A stretch of DNA of 64,000 nucleotides from Octopus vulgaris (Eukaryota), in the NCBI GenBank assembly GCA_951406725.2, contig OX597831.1, forward strand, positions 8,804,001 through 8,868,000, given 5' to 3'. The notes beneath the pieces were generated by a model. The model saw nothing but the letters and a program-made list of their open reading frames with translations, ran no database searches and had not been told where the DNA came from. Made by a program: the position numbers and the translations under genes. How positions within the stretch are numbered: the stretch's first letter is position 1; every line of letters starts with the position of its first letter. Positions 27,182 through 37,361 of the stretch are shown here, in pieces.

Positions 27182-28254
27182 CCTACACGACATGAATTAT
27201 ATATGTATATGTATTATACCTGCCTTATATATATTTGTGTGTGTGTATGTAATTATATATGTACCCTTCTTGTCTCTTAGTGATCTCTGGTCCCTCATTT
27301 TCTCTTCTATAAGTAGTACAATGATCCTTGAGTTTTTGAAAGCACTCTGTATAACATCTGCCTAGAAACATCATTGCTGCTTAGCTGATGAAGAATACCT
27401 TACGCAATAATGTATCTTTCGGGAATTCTCTCTATAATTATATTTCTCTTTCCTCATTTAACTTGCCATTAATGACGGTGAGTACAATTGGAGTACCTGA
27501 TTGTTACTATCTACTAATGAAGGAGACTATTATATTATTACATTCCAAGAACACCTCTTAATTGATGCAGTTTTTGTTTCAGCTAAACAACAATAATTGC
27601 TGTTTGACTTAGCTTCACATTGAACTTTTTGCAACGACAATGAATCAATCATTATATTTTGAAGAGTAGAGTTCTTGAAGAGTTTAATCCACTCGATACA
27701 TTTAGTTTTAGATTTGCTACAGGTATATTACAACTTAACCGAATCATGAACCGATGGCGGCTCTGAAATCATAAACTCTTACCTGCATGCCAACCTGAAA
27801 TTAATCTAAATTTGCCTGATAATTAGGTGTAAGGAAATCTAAATTAATGTAAAACGAAACCAAATAAAGTTTATTATGAGAAAATCTAATTGTGCAAATT
27901 ATGGCCGAAAGTGCATCATAATTGTGTGGAGATGTAATAGTTTATTAAATGCTAATCAACAGTTAATATCTTGTTAGCACTTAGCGATACCTCGGCTATA
28001 TTTATGCGTTATTATCAACAGTATTTTAAGAGTAATTAGTAATATTTTACTATTTAATTTCTGTTCAGATTCATATCGGAAATGTTCAAGTATCTGTATT
28101 TCCTTGAATAGCTATAATTCATCATTTGCATAGTAATGAGGAAATGCCTCCCCACCCAGCAGCAATTTACTCGTTGCTGATATTTTCTATATGAACTGAA
28201 AAATTAGATATGAAGGAGCTAATGCTGGAGTTCGGTACTTGATCAGATCAGATT

Positions 28255-28488
28255 AAGGCGGCGAGCTGGCAGAGACGTTAGCACGCCCGGCGACAACGCT
28301 GACCGGCATTTCGTCCGCCCCTACGTTCTGAGTTCAAATTTCGCCGAGGGTGACTTTGCCTTTCATCCTTTCGGGGTCGATAAATTAAGTACTAGTTACG
28401 CACTGGGGTCGATATAATCGTCTTAATTCGTCTGTCTGTCCTTGTTTGTCTCCTCTGTGTTTAGCCCCTTGTGGGTAGTAAAGAAATA
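28255..28488 (+). mobile_element. SINE family C, full length, 17-bp TSD
   Basis: GGTACTTGATCAGATCA at 28234-28250 and 28489-28505. Confidence 0.9.
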
Positions 28489-28684
28489 GGTACTTGATCA
28501 GATCACACCATTTGCTTTCAATAGCAGGCAATTCTCCCCCAGTTCACTTCTTGTCTTAAAAATGAATTATGCACTAGAAAATATAGTCTAGTTGCAACCT
28601 GTAAAAATATGCAATGGTCATATAATTTACATTATTTGCATTATTTACATTTGATGGATATTTGTCCTCATCTTCTTTGTTGTT

Positions 28685-28730
28685 AACACAACGTTTCGGC
28701 TGATATACTCTCCAGCCTTCATCAGGTGTC
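28685..28730 (-). ncRNA. Minimal type I hammerhead ribozyme (PLE-type)
   Basis: GACAC-CTGATGA-A-GGCTG(10-nt loop)CAGCC-GAAAC-GTT-GTGTT: intact core, stems I and II, palindromic ACGT stem III. Confidence 0.75.
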
Positions 28731-28777
28731 TTCGGGAAATTTCGAACAAGGGTTCTCATTCCTAAGGTATTTTTCGA

Positions 28778-28808
<31 letters not shown>

Positions 28809-28897
28809 ATTATTATTATTATTCAGGTCACTGCCTGGAATCGGAATCTTGTGGTTAGTAACCCGCGCTCTTAATCACTACGCCATATGCCCGTGGC

Positions 28898-28958
<61 letters not shown>

Positions 28959-29004
28959 TAAAAAATATCTTAGGAACGAGAACCCAGGTTCTAAATTCCC
29001 CCAA

Positions 29005-29050
29005 GACACCTGATGAAGGCTGGAGTGTATATCAGCCGAAACGTTGTGTT
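29005..29050 (+). ncRNA. Minimal type I hammerhead ribozyme (PLE-type)
   Basis: GACACCTGATGAAGGCTGGAGTGTATATCAGCCGAAACGTTGTGTT. Confidence 0.75.
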
Positions 29051-29566
29051 AACAACAAACAAGATGAGGTCAAATATCCGCCAAATATAAATAATGCAAA
29101 TACTGTACATAATTCCTCATCTCTTAAATATAGAGCAGTGTGATGGTCATAGTTAGAACAGTTTTAGTAATATAAAGTTTTGTAAAATCTAGGGTGACCG
29201 GGCTAAACAATAACAATTGCTACATCAATACTGAAATAATTTAGGATTGTGAAGTAGTGGATCTCATCAGTCTAGGTGCAACCCCAGGATAATAAAATCT
29301 TTAATGTTATTTTCATAATAAATATCAATTAAAAAAGGGTTACTCGAGTTTAGATCAGGTCTTCTTTACGCTTTCAGCAAAGCCGTTGGGTTCTCAGATA
29401 AATTCGTTTAGGTTCTTGGCATTCCATCTTCATATGTTGGAGAAGATGTAAAACTAATCAAGTTTGAGAAACGCTAAACAAAAGTTGTGGAGGACGAAAC
29501 AGAGATGTAAGAAACCCTAAAACATTTGGATGAAAATATTTTTCATAATATTTCAAATAACATTGA

Positions 29567-29972
29567 AGGAGTGGCTGTGTGGTAAGTAGCTTGCTGACCA
29601 ACCACATGGTTCCGGGTTCAGTCCCACTGCGTGGCATCTTGGGCGAGTGTCTTCTGCTATAGCCCCGGGCCGACCAATGCCTTGTGAGTGGATTTGGTAG
29701 ACGGAAACTGAAAGAAGCCCGTCGTATATATGTATACATATATATATGTATGTGTGTTTGTGTGTTTGTCCCCCTAGCATTGCTTGACAACCGATGCTGG
29801 TGTGTTTACGTCCCCGTCACTTAGCGGTTCGGCAAAAGAGACCGATAGAATAAGCACTGGGCTTACAAAGAATAAGTCCCGGGGTTGATTTGGTCGACTA
29901 TAAAGGCGGTGCTCCAGCATGGCCGCAGTCAAATGACTGAAACAAGTAAAAGAGTAAAAGAGAGTAAGGAGT
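29567..29972 (+). mobile_element. SINE family B, full length, young
   Basis: Complete head, CORE-like segment, microsatellite, tail GTAAAAGAGTAAAAGAG. Confidence 0.9.
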
Positions 29973-30071
29973 AACATTGCGAAGAATTAAAACAAAATGA
30001 AAAAAATGACGATAAACCAACGATGACGAATCTGACGACCCGATGTTTTTTTGGTTTTTTTTTTTACATTC

Positions 30072-30301
30072 TGCCTTTTACTTGTTTCAGTCATTGGATT
30101 GCAGCCATGCTGTAGCACCATCTGGAGGAATCTATAGTCGAATGTATCGACTGCAGCACTTTTAATTTAAGCCTGGTACTTATTCTATCGATACTTTTTG
30201 CCGACCCGCTAAATTATGGGAACATAAAGAAACCAACACCGGTTGTGAAGTGGTGTTGTGGGGGACAAATACACACACACACGCGCTCACACATATGTAT
30301 G

Positions 30302-30360
<59 letters not shown>

Positions 30361-30735
30361 TAGCAGTATCGCCCGGCGTTGCTCGGGTTTGTAAGGGAAA
30401 TAACTATATAAGCATTTTTAGAGAGTTACTTCCATTATATAATAGCAAAAAAATGCATTAAAAATGGAAAAAATGATGGTAAATTTTTTTAAAATCGTAC
30501 ACTCATCGTAGACATTTTTAGAGAGTTACTTCCCTTATATAATAGCAAAGAAATGCATTAAGAATGGAAAAAAATGATGGTAATTTTTTTTAAATCGTAG
30601 ACTCATCGCGCTAATACCCAGAAGGGCTCGATATGAATCACGACTATAAGATACCCGCTTTTGGTTAAACTGCACCGCAAAATGTGGGAGTAGTTAGGAA
30701 TCTAAATCGTAGGAGACAGACACCACACAACTTCA

Positions 30736-30771
<36 letters not shown>

Positions 30772-31000
30772 CATATACGGCGAGCTTCTTACGGTTTCCA
30801 TCACACACACGCGCGCTCACACATATGTATATATATATATATATACATATACGGCGAACTTCTTACAGTTTCCATCTACCAAATCCACTTACTAGATTTT
30901 GGTCGATCCGACACAATAATAGAAGACACTAGCCCAAGGTGCCAGGCAGGATCTGAACCCGGAACCGAGTGGTTAGGAAGCAAACGTTTTATCACACAGA
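30072..31000 (-). mobile_element. SINE family B, diverged, split by a Helitron insertion
   Basis: 3' half at 30072-30295 and 5' half at 30850-31000 (CTACCAAATCCACT...GCCCAAGGTGCCA...GAACCCGGAACC). Confidence 0.75.
30360..30748 (-). mobile_element. Complete non-autonomous Helitron with internal 100-bp tandem duplication
   Basis: Minus strand ends CCCGAGCAACGCCGGG (hairpin)-CGATACTG-CTAG|T; 5' end TATATAAAACTGAAGTTGTG; duplicated units start at 30413 and 30513. Confidence 0.8.
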
Positions 31001-31626
31001 ACAAGGTCTGATAGAGGTTGGAAGCGACGAACTCGAGGAAGTTAAGGAGTAACCTTCACTTAGGGGACACAGTGAAAATGCGCCGAAATACGGATGCTGA
31101 AACCTCGAAGAGAATAAGAACAGAATGGAAAGTATTTAAGTGAATAATGGATGAGCTCCAAACAAAGCCGGATAATGTCATACGTGTGAGAGTCTTGAAT
31201 GGCACCGTACTCCCTGTACTCTTATATGCCAGTGAGATATGAGCTGCTACGAAGAGGATAAAACATGGATTGGCTACGGCGCAACGAGCCATGGAAATAT
31301 ACATGTTTGGAATATCATTCGAAATGAGATAACTCGAGAGCGGAACGGAGTAAACAGTACGATCGCAGTGTACGGGAAGCACAAGTTCCACTGGACTGGA
31401 TATGTTGTAAGGTTCACAGACAACAGGTGGACCCGTGCAGTTCCCGACTGGTATCAAAAGAAATTGCAAACGGTACGTGGAAGGCTTCAACGACGATGAG
31501 AAGTCGATTTGGTCAAGCAATTTGGGTCAAGATGGGAAACAATGGCGCAATGAAGACAAAATTGTAAGCGCATTCTTACCAGCATTGTCTTACAGCATCT
31601 GATGGTCTTGTCGATACTGTGATATA
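31001..31626 (+). mobile_element. RTE-clade LINE 3' remnant
   Basis: KRIRTEWKVFK...VLPVLLYASE...AQRAME...KFHWTGYVVRFTDNRWTRAVPDWY...RGR; stops and frameshifts; 3'UTR ends TGTGATATA. Confidence 0.85.
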
Positions 31627-32199
31627 ATGAATTCTTTGAATACACAAACGCACACACACACACACATACATGCACACACATGTTAAAAAAGGTCATTTTG
31701 TTTTCTTCTATAAAATCTATAATTTTTGTTAGTTTTCCTGCTATCGCTAAGTCATTAAATGTGTTGAAATGTTATCATCGACTGCAGTCTTCGGCAAAAT
31801 CGAACACACTGTTTCATTTTTTATTCTTTCTTTGGGGTATTTTGTGACATCTCTTTATGTTGAGAGTTCAGACTTCATTAGCGTCAACTCTATTTCTTTT
31901 CGTCGTCCCAGGTTAGGTAAAATAATGAAATATTTTCATGAAATAGCTGTGTGAATAAGGAAGCCCGGACAACCAAACAATCCATCACCAACCCACTCAA
32001 AACCAACAAACAAACCAACCAACCAACCAAGCAATACACACACAGATTTTTTTATAGATCAGATCGTTTCTCTATGTTAAGCAGACAAATTTCAATCTAT
32101 CTCTAGTTGTATAAGCGTTAATATATCATTTCATGATGTAAACACATTCATCCAAAACCATTCGTCACATAGTGCTATCTGCAGAACACTCTTGTTTGT

Positions 32200-32426
32200 T
32201 TACTCTTTTACTCTTTTACTTGTTTCAGTCATTTTGACTGCGGCCATGCTGGAGCACCGCCTTTAGTCGAGCAACTCGACCCCGGGACTTATTCTTTTTG
32301 TAAGCCCAGTACTTATTCTATCGGTCTCTTTTTGCCGAACCGCTAAGTGACGGGGACGTAAACACACCAGCATCGGTTGTCAAACAATGCTAGGGGAACA
32401 AACACAGACACACAAACACACACACA

Positions 32427-32468
<42 letters not shown>

Positions 32469-32631
32469 TACGACAGGCTTCTTTCAGTTTCCGTCTACCA
32501 AATCCACTCACAAGGCATTGGTCGGTCCGGGGCTATAGCAGAAGACACTTGCCCAAGATGCCACGCAGTGGGACTGAACCCAGAACCATGTGGTTGGTTT
32601 GCAAGCTACTTACCACACAGCCACTCCTGCA
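32200..32631 (-). mobile_element. SINE family B, full length, young
   Basis: Reverse complement of 29567-29972 with few differences. Confidence 0.9.
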
Positions 32632-33449
32632 CCTCGATTTCTCGATTTCTAGAAATAGAAACCAAATATCTTTCGAATAACATCTAGCTGTCTCGTAACA
32701 TGCAGGGCTCAGAAATTACCTGAAGAATACGAAGAGAAAACATCGATTTCCGTCAACTGATTATTAATGTCAGAACACAAGAATTGCGCGAAACTGAATC
32801 AGATTGGAAATATGGATGGAGTTCGTCTTACTTTGATGTGTCGTCTTATAAAACTTTGAAAATGATAAAGTGTCTGTTACCTTTCCTCTTAAAACCACAG
32901 GGCATGAAAATACTCGCTGCCATAGCAGCAATTTTAAGTCGTTACGAAGAGACCAAACGCCGGCATTCTTAATTTCGAGCCCCCCTCCACACAAAAAAAA
33001 ACAGACTGAAAAAAACTGTGCCAAATGGAACTCAAACTCATTAAGCAAAGTACCATTTGTCTGGTGATTTCGACGGCAATAAGTACCCTGTTCGTTTGAC
33101 TGTCAACAGGAGGGTATCGTATGCTCATCGGGTAATTCCCGGTCCTGTTGGCGGGTCTTTGGTAAGTATGAAAAAAACCTCCTCTCGTAAACTTACAATT
33201 CCCAAATCAAATCAAGATGCATCTTCCACAATGTTGCACCTCAATGTGGTGGTGAGGGGATTGCAGGGCCCGCGATGGGAGTACTGACTTTTTGGTCCCG
33301 TCAATGTGGCAGATTCTCTGAGAGCGGTGCGAAGGGGTGTGGAGCGAAGAATCAACTTAACTGGTAGTTAATGATGCAGAAGAATTGAAAAATGAAGTTG
33401 AACTTGGTGGAATATGAACTGAGGAGGTACACATGTATAGCAACATCCT

Positions 33450-33682
33450 TATTTCTTTATTACCCACAAGGGACTAAACTTAGAGGAGAGAAACAAGGAC
33501 AGACAAACAGATTAAGTCGATTACATCAACCCCAGTGCGTAGCTGGTACTTATTTAATCGACCCCGAAATGATGAAAGGCAAAGTCGACCTCGGCGGAAT
33601 TTGAACTCAGAACGTAACGGCAGACGAAATACTGCTAAGCATTTCGCCCGGCGTGCTAACGTTTCTGCCAGCTCGCCGCCTT
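33450..33682 (-). mobile_element. SINE family C, full length, 22-bp TSD
   Basis: TACACATGTATAG(C/T)AA(C/A)ATCCT at 33428-33449 and 33683-33704. Confidence 0.9.
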
Positions 33683-36117
33683 TACACATGTATAGTAAAA
33701 TCCTCTAACGACTCTGCTAATCCACCACCATACTTTGGATGGTTAGTGTGTTCTGTTATAATTCATCTACAGATAATCAACAGCAGCCAACAGACATTAG
33801 ATTTCAAATACTTTATATTGTTATTTACGTGGATGGAAACGAAATGTGAAATACAAAGGCTTGGTTCGCTTTTTAAAAATGTGTCTTTTGAATAGAACGT
33901 TTTAAAAGAATAAACTGCGAATGCAATTTTTTGATAAACAAAGAAAAGGTCAGATGTACTTGTGAAATTCTGGGAATTAATTCTCATTGGAAAAGAACTG
34001 TAATCTGTGACTGATACTGTATTTTATTGTTATAGTATCTAGAATGAATTTATGGCATTCAGTTCAAAGTGTTATCGTCAATATATTTTGCTATATCATG
34101 GGTTTTGTCGTTGATTATATATGTCAGTTAGCAAAACGTGTGAATCTATTTCAAGTGTGGGAAGAAGAATGAATTTTTGCTGTATTTAATTTCATTTTTT
34201 TTTTCGTGGACAGAACAGTAATTCCATGGTAAAGTTGTTACTTCTTTTGTGCAGAATTTGAATCACGTCTCTCAATTGATAAATTGATATGAAATTTCTA
34301 CACTGATAAAATGATAAGTTGATATAAATTGATAAATTGATATCGAAAAAGAAAAAGAAAAAAAAAGAAATTATCATTCCCGTATCATAATTTGTTTTCC
34401 TGTTTTCATCTCTTAGAATCGTTTTATTTTTCTTTTGATGGTAAACGTAATTTTTTTTATCGTTCTCTATAAAGCCAAGGGTGAAAGTTCGAGTCCAGTT
34501 AATGTTTAACATTGTGTATTGCCTTTTAGGAATGCCGAATCTTCAGCTGAAATTTTAATGAGATTTTTGTAATGATTAGTGGGAGTTAAAAGATACATTT
34601 GTCAAGGAATAGTCTCTGAATGTAAATGCTTCCATTTATAAACAAATATAGATTCAGTCTCCCTAGATTCAATCGTACTTTATCCTCTTGCTTGGTATTC
34701 CAAAGCAAGATAAAATATTGCACTTAAGCCTGTAAATCACTTTATATTATCCACAGGAACAAAAGCAATGAAATGTTTCATTTACATATGCTAATGTTTA
34801 AAGTAGTTTTCATGAGATTTTAGCGGAATGATTAGCGAACTTGTAACACGATGCTTTTTCACTTAACGTCATATGAGCATAAAGTCAATTATATTTGGAA
34901 ATGTTTCATCATGTGAGAAAATGAAGATCTTGAAAAGGAATATTTAGCAAAATCGAAAGCATTAAGAACAAGTGACAATAGTAATAAAATATTTATTGGA
35001 CCAATTTACTAAACTCTCCTCCTTTATACAAGCATCGAACTAATTTCCTCTTATCTATCTGCGAATTAATTTCAAGGTTTATTTTTCATGATAAATTGAA
35101 ATCACAACCAGTTTATGGCAAGACGAAATGCATTTTCCCTCTTTTAAACGACGACTTAATTGAATCGAATCAAAGTCACGGGTGAAAGCGATGTTTAAAT
35201 CATTACATCAAATTACTACTCACACCAGCTTTATAATATATCAACCACAAAGTAATATAATCCATCTACTTCATGTGAAAACGTTAATTACAAGAATCCC
35301 ATCTGATAAATAACCGTGAAACGACTTTATTATTTCCTATAGTGCCGAAATATCGCAGAGAAGTGTTAGGAAAACGGTAAGTAATGTCCTTCTGTCCGTC
35401 TAATGTTTCAAAGTTGTTTGTTTCAGCATCTCAACGCAACGATGTCTTTACTACATAACTGCAACAAATTAGAAGAAAAACGAAATGGGGTTCTCCCCTA
35501 CGTTTCTTAAACAGGAAAAATTGGGTGTTGAAGTTACGTGTTTAGCAAAACGAGTTGCTAATAAGGAGGCGGGTGTATAGCAGTGGACTCGAATATTTTC
35601 TCATTGTTGTTATGTCAAAGAATTCATGAATTTAGACTAGGTTTGACTTGATACAAAGTTTATCAATGAATAAGAGGAATAAATTGTATCTTGTGGTGTT
35701 TATGCCTTTCTCAAGGCTTATTAATTGTGTGTTTATGATATGACATATTAAACCCCAACAATGCACCCAACACAGCGAGAAAAAAAGATAGGACCTGTAC
35801 ACGGTCTGTTGTCCTACTAGAAATAACAACCATATTCTTCTCAAATCTTACTTTATATAGTGATAAAGGTGGGACTTATATGAAGGTATGTTTAAATATG
35901 CGATACTTAAATAAGGAATTAACACACCTTGAATGACGTTTAACATAGTTCAGGGGATAATATAAGGGGAAGAATAAGAAGAAATAGCAACAACAATTGA
36001 AACATCTGTAAGCGAATATCGATTTCGGATTCGATTTTTCATTGCAAACACATTCAAACTACGCTTGGAAAAGCAATGATCGTTGGCCTATTCGGTTCTT
36101 TCATTTTCTTATATCTT

Positions 36118-36535
36118 ATCTTTTACTTGTTTCTATCATTAGTCAGCGGCCATGCTGGGGCACTAGTTTGAAGAATGTTTAGTCGAACGAATCGACAGTA
36201 GTAGTTATTCTGTCTGTGATATTGGTGGACTAAATTACAGGGCCGTAACACACCATCACCGCTTGTCAAGCGGTGTTGTGGGACAAACACAGACAGAAAG
36301 CACAGATGCACGCACGAGCACTCTCCCTCCCTCTCTCCATCTCTCTCTCTCTCTCTCTCGCTCTCTCTCTCTCACACACACACACACGACGGATTCTTTC
36401 AGTTTCTGTGTACCAAATCTACTCACATATCTTTGGTTGGCCCGAAGCTATATTACAATACACCTACCCAAGTGTCACGTAGTGGGACTGAACTCGGAAT
36501 CAAGGAGTTGGGAAGCAAGTTTCACACCACAAAAC
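36118..36535 (-). mobile_element. SINE family B, diverged
   Basis: TTTTACTTGTTTC...GCGGCCATGCTGG...CTTTCAGTTTC...AGTGGGACTGAAC. Confidence 0.75.
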
Positions 36536-36609
36536 CATTGTTTGCATTTTTTTTTTACATTTTCATGACCGAACTGCAGTCGTGGATCAAAAAGAGGCCG
36601 AGGAAGAGC

Positions 36610-37270
36610 GACCTGTGGGCCTGTGTTGAACGACTGCTGTCACGTGTAGGACGAGTCAGTTTATCAACCGAGTCTATCGTGCATATTGTCGCGCCTCCTT
36701 CCTTGAAACGTGAAGTAAGAGTCATTTTCATCGTATTTATGGCTATGGCGATAGAATTAGTATGGTGAACGCGTCTGAAAGGTCTCGAGACAAACACTTT
36801 CCTCTCTGGTCAATCTCTCATCAACTTCTTGAAGTATCACTTGAAGAGGAGGGTGAGAGTAGAGAGGGAAGTTTTGTCTAGTGAATGTTTCAAATAAAGA
36901 TGGGTGACTGTAGCAAGGATGGCAGGTGTGAATGACGGAGCCACCTTGAGCATAATCCTATGAAGCAGAAAAAGAAAGGAAAAAAGAAAGTCACCTACCG
37001 TAATGTGTTTTTTGCATGACATTATTGCCCGAGGTTACCGTGGTCTTTTCCATAGGATTTTCTTTCCACGGATAAATCTAATCTGTTACGCTTTTTAAAT
37101 TATGGCATTTCTGTGATACACGATCCCTATTGATCGGCTTCCCTTTTTTTCCCACGATTCCTTTATCGAAATCCTATCCCCAATTTTTTGTCTTTCCTTC
37201 TCAAAAAGAAAAGCTCTACTTTGTATTTTGTCCCTTCTGTGTTCAGCCCTGTGTGGCTAATAAAGAAACA
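36610..37270 (+). mobile_element. L1/Tx1-clade LINE 3' remnant (ORF2 C-terminus, 3'UTR, tail)
   Basis: DLWACVERLL...MAIELVW*TRLKG...LINFLKYHLKRRVRVER...FK*RW fits the Tx1/L1 C-terminal pattern (LW...AKxxIWxxR...FxxxW); stop at 36961; ends AATAAAGAAACA before (ATCT)n. Confidence 0.65.
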
Positions 37271-37274
37271 TATA

Positions 37275-37361
<87 letters not shown>

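Larger units (their letters stand above)
28620..29137. mobile_element. Penelope-derived non-autonomous element: two inverted pLTR modules around a tRNA-like head
   Basis: 28620-28780 is the reverse complement of about 28957-29110; the spacer has (GTT/ATT)n, a tRNA-like segment at 28823-28898 (-) and (AAT)n; the same module adjoins the PLE ORF at 44100-44240. Confidence 0.85.

Noticed and set aside
27385-27425. CTGATGA followed by an ATAC/GTAT hairpin
   Set aside because: GAAA is absent (CGGGAA) and there is no stem I.
30413-30608. 100-bp tandem units as a CRISPR-like or satellite array
   Set aside because: Only two contiguous units with no spacers, internal to a Helitron in eukaryotic DNA.
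33050-33340. Possible RTE C-terminal zinc finger (QHCGRC) on the minus strand; similar weak signal at 49200-49580
   Set aside because: Too degraded to support a call without a profile search.
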